From positions 41,263 to 105,262 of the forward strand of contig CAWGDY010000042.1 in the NCBI GenBank assembly GCA_963821395.1: DNA of 64,000 nt. The letters run 5' to 3'. The translations under genes were made by a program, and so were the position numbers. The notes below the pieces were generated by a model. The model was not told the origin of the DNA and searched no databases. It worked only from the letters and a program-made list of their open reading frames with translations. Positions 18,332 to 27,784 of this stretch are shown here, piece after piece. The DNA comes from Vicinamibacterales bacterium (GTDB lineage Bacteria; Acidobacteriota; Vicinamibacteria; Vicinamibacterales; JAMQPK01). Numbering within the stretch: position 1 is the first letter of the stretch; each line of letters starts with the position of its first letter.

Positions 18332-18421
18332 CCTCACGAACCTCACGAACTTACGAACTCACGAACTCTCACGAACTCTACGAACTCTACGAACTCTACG
18401 AACTCTACGAACTCTACGAAC
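18332..18421. repeat. 8-10 nt tandem repeat (CTCTACGAA and variants, ~10 units)
   Basis: cctcacgaa cctcacgaa cttacgaa ctcacgaa ctctcacgaa, then five perfect ctctacgaa units. It abuts the rhomboid stop codon at 18422. Confidence 0.9.
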
Positions 18422-19291
18422 CTACTGCGCTAACAACATCGGCAGCGCCGTGATAAACGACGCCGCGATGGCGGCCAGCGTGGCGCCGAGACAGACGAGC
18501 GCCATGATGATGTGATCGATGCGCTCCGGCTTCAGCGGATCGAGATAGCGTGCCGCCAGGTAGCCGCCAAAGAACCCACCCGCGTGCGCGAAGTTGTCCA
18601 CGCCGCGCATGACGAAACCGAAGAACCCGAGGATGAGCGCGTAGCGGATCGCTTCCGATCGCGTCAGCGAGCTCCCTGTTCGCCGGCCGTAGTACACGAG
18701 CGCACCGAGGAAGCCAAACACCGAAGCGGACGCTCCGACGGTAAAACCCGCGCCGCTCAGAAAGGGCAGGTGCGGTAGAAACGCATAGGCGAACGAGCTG
18801 AGGAGAAATCCGGAGACGCCCGCGATGGTGTAGATGATGACCATCCGGCCGGGACCGAACATGTCGGCGACCGCCGGGCCCAGGTCGCGCACCCACATCA
18901 TGTTGAAGACGATGTGAAGCAGGCTGCCGTGCAGCCAGCCCGCGCTCAGCACGGTCCACCACCGGTGGTACCCGAAGACCGGGATGCCGCCGCTCGCGCC
19001 GAGCAGAAACAGCATGCCCGAATCGGGCGCGAGGAACCCGAAGAGCCCGCCTCCCAGGCGCATCGCCGTGCCCGAGAGCAGCATCGAGATGATGTAGAGC
19101 GCGCTGCTGCCCCAGATGACGAGCGGCACGAACCCGAGATCGTTCCCGAGGCTCCGCAGGAGCGGCGCGAATCCCCACATCCCGGGGTTCCGCCGTCCGC
19201 AGTTGAAACATTTCTCGTCGCGCACGCCGACAAGGGATCCACAGGATGTGCAGACGACGGAGCCGGTGGTCTGCCGGCGGAAGAGGGACAT
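18422..19291 (-). CDS. rhomboid-family intramembrane serine protease with N-terminal zinc-ribbon
   Basis: 289 aa. CTSCGS...CFNCG at the N terminus. WWTVLSAGWLHGSLLHIVFNM, GASASVFG (GxSxxxF) and HAGGFFGGY motifs. Confidence 0.85.
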   Translation of the reverse strand: MSLFRRQTTGSVVCTSCGSLVGVRDEKCFNCGRRNPGMWGFAPLLRSLGNDLGFVPLVIWGSSALYIISMLLSGTAMRLGGGLFGFLAPDSGMLFLLGASGGIPVFGYHRWWTVLSAGWLHGSLLHIVFNMMWVRDLGPAVADMFGPGRMVIIYTIAGVSGFLLSSFAYAFLPHLPFLSGAGFTVGASASVFGFLGALVYYGRRTGSSLTRSEAIRYALILGFFGFVMRGVDNFAHAGGFFGGYLAARYLDPLKPERIDHIIMALVCLGATLAAIAASFITALPMLLAQ

Positions 19292-19306
19292 GGTGTGGGA
19301 AATGAG

Positions 19307-19382
19307 ATCTAAAAACTAGAATCTAGAATCTAAAAACTGGAATCTAGAAACTAAAATCTGAAAAAACTGAGAACTGAGAACC
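19307..19382. repeat. AT-rich degenerate tandem repeat (AATCTARAAACTRR units)
   Basis: atctaaaaactaga atctaga atctaaaaactgga atctagaaactaa aatctgaaaaaactga... in the divergent rhomboid/typA intergenic region. The same unit family occurs at 56436-56489. Confidence 0.85.
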
Positions 19383-19410
19383 GTAAACTGATAACTACTA
19401 TACTGTTGGG

Positions 19411-21252
19411 ATGCCTTCGTCGCGAAATTCGTCCACGATCGCCAACCCGAACCGAAGAAACGTCGCCATCATCGCCCACGTCGATCACGGCAAGACGACC
19501 CTGGTCGACGCGATGCTGCACCAGAGCGGCGCGTTTCGCGCGAACGAACGCGTGGCCGAGCGGGTCATGGACAGCAACGAGCTCGAGCGCGAGCGGGGTA
19601 TCACGATCCTGGCCAAGAACACCGCCGTCCACTACCACGACCTCCTGATCAACATCGTCGACACGCCGGGCCACGCCGATTTCGGCGGCGAGGTCGAGCG
19701 CACCCTGTCGATGGTGGACGGCGTCGTGCTGCTGGTCGACGCGTCCGAAGGGCCGCTGCCGCAGACCCGGTTCGTGCTCGGCAAGGCCTTCGCCCGCGGG
19801 CTGCCGCCGATTGTGGTCATCAACAAGATCGATCGGCCCGACGCGCGCGCGGCCGAAGTGCTCAACGAAATCTTCGATCTCTTCATCGATCTCGACGCGT
19901 CCGAGGCGCAGCTCGACTTCCCGGTCGTCTACACGGATGGCCGGAAGGGCACCGCGACGCTCGACCTCGCGCGCGCGGGCGAGGACCTGCGGCCGTTGTT
20001 CGATGCGATCGTCACGCACGTGCCCCCGCCAATGGGATCGCTCGACGCGCCGTTGCAGATTCTCGTGGCCAACCTGGATTCGAGCGACTACCTGGGCCGC
20101 ATCGCCATCGGACGCATCTTCAACGGCAAGGTGAAGATCGGCGACGAGGTCGCCATCTGCACGCCCCACGTCGAGGCGCGCAAGGCGAAGATCACGAAGC
20201 TGTTTTCCTTCGACGGGCTGAAACGCATAGAGATCGACAACGCGGCCGCCGGCGACATCGTCTGTCTGGCGGGCATGCCCGACATCACCATCGGTGAAAC
20301 CGTCACCGAAATCGAGCGTCAGGCGCCCGTCCCGATTGTGGCCATCGACGAGCCCACGGTGTCGATGATTTTCGGCGTCAACACCTCGCCGGTGGCTGGA
20401 CGCGACGGCACCTACGTCACGTCGCGCCAGGTGCGCGATCGGCTCGAACGCGAGCTCATCGGCAACGTGTCGATCCGCCTCGAGAACACAGAGACTCCCG
20501 AGACCGTGAAGGTGATCGGCCGCGGCGAGCTGCAGCTCTCGATCCTGATCGAGATGATGCGGCGCGAGGGGTTCGAGCTGCAGGTCTCGCGCCCCGAGAT
20601 CGTCACGAAAGAGCAGAACGGGCAGCGCGTCGAGCCGGTCGAAGATCTCGTGATTGACGTGCCGGAGGACTTTCAGGGCGTGGTCATCGCGCAGGTCGGC
20701 GGCCGCAAGGGCACGATGACCAAGATGGTGAACCACGGCAGCGGCCGCGTGCGGATGGAGTTCCGCATTCCGGCCCGCGGGCTCATCGGATTCCGCTCGC
20801 AGTTTCTGACCGACACGCGGGGCACCGGCATCATGAATCACCTCTTCGCGGGGTGGGAACCCTGGCATGGCGCCATCCCGTCGCGCGCGGCGGGTGCCCT
20901 GGTGGCCGATCGCACGGGGCCGGCTACGGCCTATGCCATCTCCAACTTGCAGGAACGGGGAGAGATCTTCATCGAGCCCGCGGTCGTCGTGTATGAGGGG
21001 ATGATCATCGGGGAGAACGCCCGGCCCAGCGACATGGACGTGAACGTGACCAAGGAAAAGAAACAAACGAACATGCGCGCCTCTTCGGCCGACGAAGCGA
21101 TCCGCCTGATACCGCCCCGCGTGCTGGGGCTCGAACAGGCCATCGAGTTCATCAACGACGACGAACTGGTCGAAATCACCCCCAAAAGCATCAGGTTGCG
21201 GAAGCGGATTCTGGCCGCCAACCAGCGTCCCAAGCGCTCCGACGACGCCTGA
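19411..21252 (+). CDS. typA: translational GTPase TypA/BipA
   Basis: 613 aa. [39 protein letters not shown] and full-length collinearity with BipA. Confidence 0.95.
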   Translation: MPSSRNSSTIANPNRRNVAIIAHVDHGKTTLVDAMLHQSGAFRANERVAERVMDSNELERERGITILAKNTAVHYHDLLINIVDTPGHADFGGEVERTLSMVDGVVLLVDASEGPLPQTRFVLGKAFARGLPPIVVINKIDRPDARAAEVLNEIFDLFIDLDASEAQLDFPVVYTDGRKGTATLDLARAGEDLRPLFDAIVTHVPPPMGSLDAPLQILVANLDSSDYLGRIAIGRIFNGKVKIGDEVAICTPHVEARKAKITKLFSFDGLKRIEIDNAAAGDIVCLAGMPDITIGETVTEIERQAPVPIVAIDEPTVSMIFGVNTSPVAGRDGTYVTSRQVRDRLERELIGNVSIRLENTETPETVKVIGRGELQLSILIEMMRREGFELQVSRPEIVTKEQNGQRVEPVEDLVIDVPEDFQGVVIAQVGGRKGTMTKMVNHGSGRVRMEFRIPARGLIGFRSQFLTDTRGTGIMNHLFAGWEPWHGAIPSRAAGALVADRTGPATAYAISNLQERGEIFIEPAVVVYEGMIIGENARPSDMDVNVTKEKKQTNMRASSADEAIRLIPPRVLGLEQAIEFINDDELVEITPKSIRLRKRILAANQRPKRSDDA

Positions 21253-21318
21253 TTTCCGGTATTGGCCGGAGCCCTAACTCCGACCAAAAGAATCGGCTTT
21301 CCGGCGACATTTCGGTCC

Positions 21319-21391
21319 AAAGTAAAAAGGGGTCGGGAGGGGTTTTTGAGCAGTTGCAATAAAAAAACCGCTCCCGACCCCTTTTTACTTT
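21319..21391. terminator. long AT-rich hairpin downstream of typA (possible bidirectional terminator)
   Basis: aaagtaaaaaggggtcgggag (21319-21339) is the perfect reverse complement of ctcccgacccctttttacttt (21371-21391). The pairing extends inward (ggttttt/aaaaacc) to about 28 bp with one mismatch. Confidence 0.45.
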
Positions 21392-21481
21392 GATAGGATA
21401 TGGGCGCTCAAGCCGCCAAGTCTGAAAGGTTTTCGGGTGTGCTGCGACCCCTTGCGGGTTTCATGACGAGGTGATCGCTCC

Positions 21482-22114
21482 ATGACTGCTCCAATGCAAA
21501 TTCAAGAACAGCCCATCGGTACAACGCGTCGCCAGTTCATCAAAGGTGTGATCGCCGCAGGCGCTGCGGTCTCCGCGAGCAGTTATCTGTTCCGCGGACC
21601 GGAACGGGTCTTCGGTCAGGGCTCACTGCCCGGCGCCGTCGAGCGGCTGATGACGTTGAACGTCAACGGCCAGCAGCGTCGCGTCGACGTGATGAAGCAG
21701 GAAACGCTCGCCACGACGCTGCGCTACAAGCTCGGTCTCACGGGGACCAAGCTGGGCTGCGATCGTTCCGAGTGCGGAGCCTGCACGGTACTCATCGACG
21801 ACGTGCCGCACTATTCGTGCTCGATCCTCACGCACACCGTTCGCAACAAGCGAGTGCAGACGATCGAGGGCCTCGAGTCGGCGGACGGCAAGCTGCACCC
21901 GGTGCAGCAGGCCGTGGTCGACGAGCAGGGCTTCCAGTGCGCGTTCTGCATGTCGGGCTTCGTGATGGCCGCGGTCGGCTATCTCAAGACGCACCCGAAC
22001 CCGACGCGCGAAGAGCTTGCGCATGGCATCTCGGGGAATCTCTGCCGCTGCGCCGACTACAACAAGATTCTGAACGCGTTCATGCGCGGTGCGGAATATT
22101 TGCGGAAGGCGTAG
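21482..22114 (+). CDS. (2Fe-2S)-binding small subunit of a xanthine-dehydrogenase-family molybdo-hydroxylase, Tat signal
   Basis: Twin-arginine motif TRRQFIKGVIAAGAAVSAS. Cluster motifs CDRSECGACTV and CAFCMSG...CRCADY. Confidence 0.9.
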   Translation: MTAPMQIQEQPIGTTRRQFIKGVIAAGAAVSASSYLFRGPERVFGQGSLPGAVERLMTLNVNGQQRRVDVMKQETLATTLRYKLGLTGTKLGCDRSECGACTVLIDDVPHYSCSILTHTVRNKRVQTIEGLESADGKLHPVQQAVVDEQGFQCAFCMSGFVMAAVGYLKTHPNPTREELAHGISGNLCRCADYNKILNAFMRGAEYLRKA

Positions 22115-22117
22115 ATC

Positions 22118-24619
22118 GTGGCAGAGGAGAAGAAATACAAATACATCGGGCAGCCCTACCAGCTGAACGATCTCGTCGCGAAGGTCACCGGGCGCGCGAA
22201 GTACGCCGAGGATTTCCGCGCCGAGGGCATGCTGTTCGCGAAGCTGCTGCTGAGCCCGATGCCGCATGCGCGCATTCGCCGCATCGACACGAGCGCGGCG
22301 ATGGCGCTTCCCGGCGTCGTCGCGATCATCACCGGCGAGGACATGCCGAAGCCGGATGCCCCGCAGGCGCTCGGTGAAGGTCCTGCGCAGCGCGCAAACA
22401 CCGCTCCCGAAGTGGCGATTGCCAGCGAGCCCCTGTACCAGGGCGAGCCCATCGCCGCGGTGGCCGCGATCGACGAGTTGACGGCCGCCGAAGCGGTTCA
22501 GCTGCTCAAGGTCGAGTACGAGCCGCTGCCGTGGGTCGTCGATGCCATCGCGTCGCTGCGGCCCGGCGGAGCGAACGCGCGCGCCGAAGGCAACGTGTGG
22601 AAGGTGCCGCAGGTCGCCGAGCTCAAGTTCAACGCGGAGCAGGTGGCCGAGCTCGATGCGGGCCGTATCCCGATGATCGACGATGCGCCGACCACGTGGT
22701 CCATCGGCGACGTCGACGCGGCGCTCAAGCAGGCCGATTTGATCGTCGACGAGACGGTGGTTCATCAGTCGACCGGCCATCAGGCGATGGAGCCGCGCAC
22801 GGCGATGGCCTACTGGCAGAACGGCAAGCTCTATCTGCACGGGTCCACGCAGTCGGTGGCGCGCACGCGCTCGACGGTGGCGCAGTGGGTCGGGTTCAAG
22901 CCCGAAGAAGAAGATCAGGTCATTGTTATCAGCGAGTACACCGGCGGCGGATTCGGGGGAAAGATTCCCGGCGCGCAGTCGATGGCGATTCCCGCCGTGC
23001 TGTCGAAGAAGGCGGGCGGACGGCCGGTGCAGATGCGCATTTCGCGCGAAGAAGAGAACTACATCGGCCGCGCGCGGCCGGGCATTCATCTCCGCGCCCG
23101 CATCGGGTTCCGCAAAGACGGCCGCATCATCGCGATGGATATGTGTGCCATCTCCGATTGCGGGCCGTATGCGAACCAGGGCGACGCCGGCACGCTCGGG
23201 TCGACCGCCACGGCGCTGTACAACCCTGAAACGATGCGGTTCCGCGCCATCAGCGTGCTCACCAATACGCCACCGCGCGTCGCGCAACGCGCGCCGGGCG
23301 GCGAGCAGGCGTCGGCCATGCTCGAGCCGCTGATCAGCAAGGCGGGTCGCCAGCTCGGCGTCGATCAAGTCGAGATTCGAAAGATCAACGCACCGCGCAC
23401 CGGTTCGGAGTTCGGCGCACCGCCGCCAGGGGCTGCGGTCGCGGCCGCGAAGGCGGCAGGACGTCCTGCACCGGGCCGGACGTTCTTCACGAGCTGCCAC
23501 CTGAGTGAAGCGCTCGACCTCGGCGCGAAGACCTTCAACTGGGAAGAGCGGAAGAAGCGTAATGGCCAGCGCGTCGGCACGAAGGTGACGGGCGTCGGCG
23601 TGGGGCTTGGCACCTACACCGCCGGGTCGATCAACATGGACGGGCTGCTTCTCGTCCGGCCGGACGGGAAGGTGTACGTGCAGACCGGCGTCGGCAACCT
23701 CGGCACCGGCTCCGTGCACGATACGGCTCGCGTGGTGGCCGAAGAGCTCGATACGCCGTGGGAGCACTTCGAGATCGTCTGGGGCAGCACCGGCAAGCAC
23801 GTGGCGTGGAGCTCGCCGCAGGCGGGCAGCCAGACGATTCACGCGCACACGCGTGCCCATCTGGCAGCGGCCCAGGATCTGAAGCAGAAGCTGCAGGAGA
23901 TTGCGGCGCTCGAGATGGGTGGCCGTCCGGAGAGCTACACCGTCTCGAACGGCCGGGTCGGACGGATGACCTTCGCGCAGGCGGCCGAAGCGGCGATCAA
24001 GCGCGGCGGCAAGTTCGACGGTCACGAGATGCCGAAAGACATCAACGGGATGACGAAGGCGTCGGTGACGGCGTTGGCAGGTCAGGGGCTCATCGGCGTG
24101 GCGCGCGACAATTTCCCGCGCAAGGGAAACACCCAGTCGTGGGTCGCCTCGTTCGCCGAGGTCGAAGTCGACGTGGAAACCGGCGAGTACCATCTGGTGG
24201 ATTACTGTGCGGCGACCGATTGCGGCACCGTCATCAATCCTCGCGGGCTTGCCGCGCAGCTCCATGGCGGCGGCGTGCAGGGGCTGGGTCACGTCCGCAG
24301 TCAGAAGTGGGTGTACGACCAGCGCTACGGCGTGTCGCTCGCCAATCGGTTCCACTACAACAAACCGCCGACGATTCTCGACGTTCCGCTCACCGAGATG
24401 AAGTGGGCCGCCGTCGGGATTCCGGACCCGCAGACGCCGATTGGCGCCAAGGGTATCGGCGAGCCCGCCATCTGTGCGGGCGCCGCTGCGGCGATCTGCG
24501 CGCTGACCGCGGCAATCGGCGACGACTACCTGCGCCGGACTCCGGCAACACCAAGCATGATCGTGGCTTGTCTCGATGCAAAAAAACGCATCGACGAAGG
24601 CCTCGTGTCCCACGTTTAG
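22118..24619 (+). CDS. molybdopterin-binding large subunit (aldehyde oxidase/xanthine dehydrogenase family)
   Basis: GTG start 4 nt after the small-subunit stop. 833 aa with a/b-hammerhead and MoCo-binding regions (…GGGFGGK…, …GIGEPAI…). Confidence 0.9.
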   Translation: MAEEKKYKYIGQPYQLNDLVAKVTGRAKYAEDFRAEGMLFAKLLLSPMPHARIRRIDTSAAMALPGVVAIITGEDMPKPDAPQALGEGPAQRANTAPEVAIASEPLYQGEPIAAVAAIDELTAAEAVQLLKVEYEPLPWVVDAIASLRPGGANARAEGNVWKVPQVAELKFNAEQVAELDAGRIPMIDDAPTTWSIGDVDAALKQADLIVDETVVHQSTGHQAMEPRTAMAYWQNGKLYLHGSTQSVARTRSTVAQWVGFKPEEEDQVIVISEYTGGGFGGKIPGAQSMAIPAVLSKKAGGRPVQMRISREEENYIGRARPGIHLRARIGFRKDGRIIAMDMCAISDCGPYANQGDAGTLGSTATALYNPETMRFRAISVLTNTPPRVAQRAPGGEQASAMLEPLISKAGRQLGVDQVEIRKINAPRTGSEFGAPPPGAAVAAAKAAGRPAPGRTFFTSCHLSEALDLGAKTFNWEERKKRNGQRVGTKVTGVGVGLGTYTAGSINMDGLLLVRPDGKVYVQTGVGNLGTGSVHDTARVVAEELDTPWEHFEIVWGSTGKHVAWSSPQAGSQTIHAHTRAHLAAAQDLKQKLQEIAALEMGGRPESYTVSNGRVGRMTFAQAAEAAIKRGGKFDGHEMPKDINGMTKASVTALAGQGLIGVARDNFPRKGNTQSWVASFAEVEVDVETGEYHLVDYCAATDCGTVINPRGLAAQLHGGGVQGLGHVRSQKWVYDQRYGVSLANRFHYNKPPTILDVPLTEMKWAAVGIPDPQTPIGAKGIGEPAICAGAAAAICALTAAIGDDYLRRTPATPSMIVACLDAKKRIDEGLVSHV

Positions 24620-24632
24620 AGGAGGCTGAGAG

Positions 24633-25640
24633 ATGGCAACGATTCATGACGTAATGCCCGCCTTCGAGCTGTTTCAGCCTACGAGCATCGACGATGCCGT
24701 GTCGCTGCTGCAGCGACATCGCCGCAGTGTCTGGGCGCTGGCCGGCGGTCTCGATTCGTTCGACTGGCTGAAGGATCGCAACAAGCGGCCGTCGGTCGTC
24801 ATCGACCTCAGCGGCATCGAGCCGCTGCGCGGCATCAAGGCGCTGCCCGATGGCGGCGTGGAGATCGGCGCGACCACGACGCTGACCGAGATCGCGAACA
24901 ACGCGGTCATCAAGGAAAAATTCAAGGTGCTGGCCGACGCGGCCGGGCTGGTCGCCTCGCCCCAGATTCGCAATCAGGGGACGCTCGGCGGCAACGTGTC
25001 GCAGGACACGCGCTGCTGGTACTACCGCAGCGGCTGGACCTGCTATCGCGCGGGCGGCAACATCTGCTACGCCGACACGCCCACGTCGATCAACCGCGAG
25101 CACGCGCTGTTCGACGCCAATCGCTGCGTCGCGGTGAACCCGTCCGACACGGCCCCGGCGCTCGTCGCGCTCGACGCGCAGATGGTGATTCGCAACACGG
25201 ACGGCGAACGCGTCGTGTCGGCCGAGGAGTTCTTCATCGGGCCGGCGATCGACATCACCCGCATGACCGTGATGCACCCCGGCGATCTCCTCACCTCGAT
25301 CCGTATCCCGGCGACCTGGGCCGGCGCGAAGTTCTACTTCGAGAAGGTGCGCGATCGTCAGGTGTGGGACTTCCCGCTGGTCAACGTCGCGACGGCCCTG
25401 AAGGTGTCGGGCGGCAACATTCAGGAATCGCGCGTCGTCGTGAACGCCGTGGCGGCGCACCCGATGCGGCTGCATGCCGTCGAAGCGGCGATCAAGGGCA
25501 AGGCCCAGAACGAAGAGACGGCATCCATGGCCGGGGAACTGGCGATCCAGGGCAACCAGCCGCTGGCGCACAACGCCTACAAAATCCCCTTGATGCGTAA
25601 CCTGGTGAAGCGGGCCCTCCGGGCGGAGGCGACATCATGA
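24633..25640 (+). CDS. FAD-binding medium subunit (CO-dehydrogenase flavoprotein-like)
   Basis: 335 aa. …ALAGGLDSFDWLK…, GTLGGNVSQD… typical of the FAD-binding subunit of this enzyme family. Confidence 0.85.
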   Translation: MATIHDVMPAFELFQPTSIDDAVSLLQRHRRSVWALAGGLDSFDWLKDRNKRPSVVIDLSGIEPLRGIKALPDGGVEIGATTTLTEIANNAVIKEKFKVLADAAGLVASPQIRNQGTLGGNVSQDTRCWYYRSGWTCYRAGGNICYADTPTSINREHALFDANRCVAVNPSDTAPALVALDAQMVIRNTDGERVVSAEEFFIGPAIDITRMTVMHPGDLLTSIRIPATWAGAKFYFEKVRDRQVWDFPLVNVATALKVSGGNIQESRVVVNAVAAHPMRLHAVEAAIKGKAQNEETASMAGELAIQGNQPLAHNAYKIPLMRNLVKRALRAEATS

Positions 25641-26477
25641 GCTGGTTGGTTCAAACGGGGTTGAACCCCTGGAACGAACAAATCCTGACCCACGCGCAGT
25701 GGAATCTCGTCTACGCGGCGCTCGCGTTCGGCGCGCTGTTCATGGTTGGCCACACGCTGTATGTGGCGTTCTGGCCGAAACCGGCCGGTGGCCACACCGC
25801 CCCGGTCGATCCGGCCGCGGCGGCTCGCGTGCCGGCCAAGGTGCCGCGTCACTCGTTCGCGGCGCGTGCCTTCCACTGGATCATGGCCGCGTCGATGCTG
25901 ACGCTGCTCTTCACCTCGTTCGCGCCCATCCTGGGATTCAAGTTCGACTGGGTGCGAGATTCACTATCTGGCGGGCATCGCGCTGACGATCTCGATCATC
26001 TATCACATCATCCACGCCAGCTTCTGGCTCGACTTCTGGTCGATCTGGCTGAACAAGGACGATGTGAACGAGGCGATTACGCGGTTCAAGCGCTCGATCG
26101 GCGGCAACGAACCGGCGCCACGGAAGGCCGGGAAGTATCCGTGGGACAACAAGATGTATCACACGGCCATCGTCCTGTCGGCGCTGGCGGTGGTGCCCAC
26201 GGGTCTCTTCATGATGGTGCGCGTGCGCAATCCGTTCTTCGCGCGCAACCCGTACATGTTTACCGACAGCACGTGGGGCGTCATGTACGTGCTCCATGGG
26301 CTCGCCGGCATCGGGCTCGTCGGGTTGACGATCGCGCACATCTACTTCGCGATTCGACCCGAGAAGCTCTGGATTACCAAGGGCATGGTCTTCGGGGACA
26401 TCACCCGAGAGGATTTCCTCAAGCATCACGACCCGCAGCGCTGGGTCGTGGGGGGCGCCACACCGCCGAAGGCGTAG
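25637..26477 (+). CDS. membrane b-type cytochrome (cytochrome b561 / FdnI-like), one +1 frame break as assembled
   Basis: Its ATG overlaps the FAD-subunit TGA (ATGA at 25637-25640). TM helices carry conserved His residues (FHWIMAAS, IHYLAGIALTISIIYHIIHAS, VLHGLAGIG, IAHIYFAIRP). The N-terminal part is in ORF 25637.., the rest in the frame of ORF 26064..26477. The join is at ~25958. Confidence 0.7.
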
Positions 26478-26490
26478 TACTTTCCATGTT

Positions 26491-26563
26491 TTGACGCAGA
26501 GCCGCAGAGGCGCAGAGCTTTTCTTCGACAGGAAATCCTCTGCGTCTTTGCGTCTCTGCGTCA
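26491..26563. repeat. REP-like palindromic element, family B, copy 3
   Basis: ttgacgcagagccgcagaggcgcagag ... cctctgcgtctttgcgtctctgcgtca, starting 14 nt after the cytochrome b stop. Confidence 0.85.
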
Positions 26564-26585
26564 GGCAACAGAAGACATCATCCAG

Positions 26586-27017
26586 ATGAAAACAGAACTG
26601 AAGGATCGATGCTCGCGCATCGAAGAGGCGTACGAGTTCATGCTCGCGTATGCGGCCCAGGGGCTGCGACTCGAGCCGGGAAGCGGCATGGGCTCGCAGA
26701 TCCGCAGCATGCTGATCACGTGCGAGAAGTCGCTGAACGGGCTGGCCGACGTGTTCACCCAGATCGTTCGCGCCGACAACCTGCAGCCCACGTCCGCCTA
26801 CGAGAACTTCATCACCGTGCTCGCGCGCGATGCCGAAGACGCCGGCGCCTCGGTGCAGCTCGTCCTGGCGCAGCCGTCGATCAGCTCGCAGATGGTCGAC
26901 AATCTCAATGCGTCGATCCACCTGCGCGCGCTGCTCACCGACTTGTTCCTGATTGACGAGATTGTGCGGCCCGAAGCAGAAGCTGGCGTGCCCTCCGCTA
27001 ACGCACCCGCTGAATAA
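26586..27017 (+). CDS. hypothetical protein
   Basis: 143-aa ORF with plausible composition. I recognise no family. Confidence 0.5.
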   Translation: MKTELKDRCSRIEEAYEFMLAYAAQGLRLEPGSGMGSQIRSMLITCEKSLNGLADVFTQIVRADNLQPTSAYENFITVLARDAEDAGASVQLVLAQPSISSQMVDNLNASIHLRALLTDLFLIDEIVRPEAEAGVPSANAPAE

Positions 27018-27020
27018 GAC

Positions 27021-27093
27021 AAACAGGAAATCAGAAGGTCAGGAGGAATTTTTCAGAAGAAAAACGACCTCTTGATCTTCTGATCTTCTGTTT
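27021..27093. terminator. imperfect AT-rich hairpin between convergent genes
   Basis: aaacaggaaatcagaaggtcagg (27021-27043) pairs with cttgatcttctgatcttctgttt (27071-27093) at about 19 of 23 positions. Confidence 0.35.
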
Positions 27094-27100
27094 ATCGTTG

Positions 27101-27754
27101 TTACTGAATCGTCCCTAAATCGGTCCCGCCTGACTTCACTTCAACCGGCCGCGCAATCGGTTCGCCGCCGGTAAACACCTTCAACGTGTATGCACCTGGC
27201 CGCACGTCGGCGATGGCAAAGCTGCCGTTTTCGCTCGTCGTTGCGGTGTACGGCGTGGCCGTGACCAGGATGTCGGCCCGCATGGTCGGGTGAATGTCGC
27301 ATCCGAGCGTGTAGGTGCCGGGCCGGTCGAACGTGTATTCGTATTTCCCGTACGGTGGTGTCGCGACGTTGAAAATCGGCCTCTGCTCGGACGATTCCGT
27401 CACGCGGATGTTGTGCAGCACGTCGTCGCTGTTGCGGAACTCCACGCGCTGCCCGGCTTGTGCGACCAGAAAGGCCGGGAGAAAGGTCTGGCTCACCTGA
27501 TCCATGACCGCCGGCGAGGATTTGACCGGCATCTCCCCGTCTCCTCGCAGCTCCAGGGTAAGGAACGTCGACCCCGGCGCGAGGCTCGGTGAGAGCTTGC
27601 CGCTCACCTCGACTCCACCGCCAGGCGTTGCCGTCGCGGCGGGCGTCGTCCCGGCGCTGCCATCGGCCGGGGTAGCCGAACTGCTCTGGTTTTGACTGCT
27701 GCAGCCGATGGCTGCGAGGAAGAGAGCCGCGCTTGCGGCAACACGCCACGTCAT
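27101..27754 (-). CDS. lipoprotein with cupredoxin (type-1 copper) domain and C-terminal Ig-like/CarboxypepD_reg-like domain
   Basis: Lipobox LAAIGC. Candidate copper ligands H (LHNIRV) and C-x2-H-x2-M (GCDIHPTM). The C-terminal segment GSFAIADVRPGAYTLKV is typical of carboxypeptidase-regulatory-like folds. Confidence 0.7.
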   Translation of the reverse strand: MTWRVAASAALFLAAIGCSSQNQSSSATPADGSAGTTPAATATPGGGVEVSGKLSPSLAPGSTFLTLELRGDGEMPVKSSPAVMDQVSQTFLPAFLVAQAGQRVEFRNSDDVLHNIRVTESSEQRPIFNVATPPYGKYEYTFDRPGTYTLGCDIHPTMRADILVTATPYTATTSENGSFAIADVRPGAYTLKVFTGGEPIARPVEVKSGGTDLGTIQ

Positions 27755-27784
27755 CCGTCTTGAAGTCTATAATACCCGCGTCTG

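Noticed and set aside
19351-21066. 571-aa minus-strand ORF opposite typA. Similar long antisense ORFs lie at 1460-2707, 4864-6138, 35415-37145, 16554-17612, 33145-34452 and 44829-46190.
   Set aside because: Each is the mirror of a gene with strong family signatures. The translations are low-complexity (R/A/G/D/H-rich) and carry no motifs, so these are high-GC artefacts.
21623-24613. 996-aa ORF on the minus strand
   Set aside because: It is antisense to the well-supported molybdopterin subunit gene. The product is Arg/Ala/Gly-rich with no recognisable motifs. Long stop-free antisense frames are expected at this GC content.
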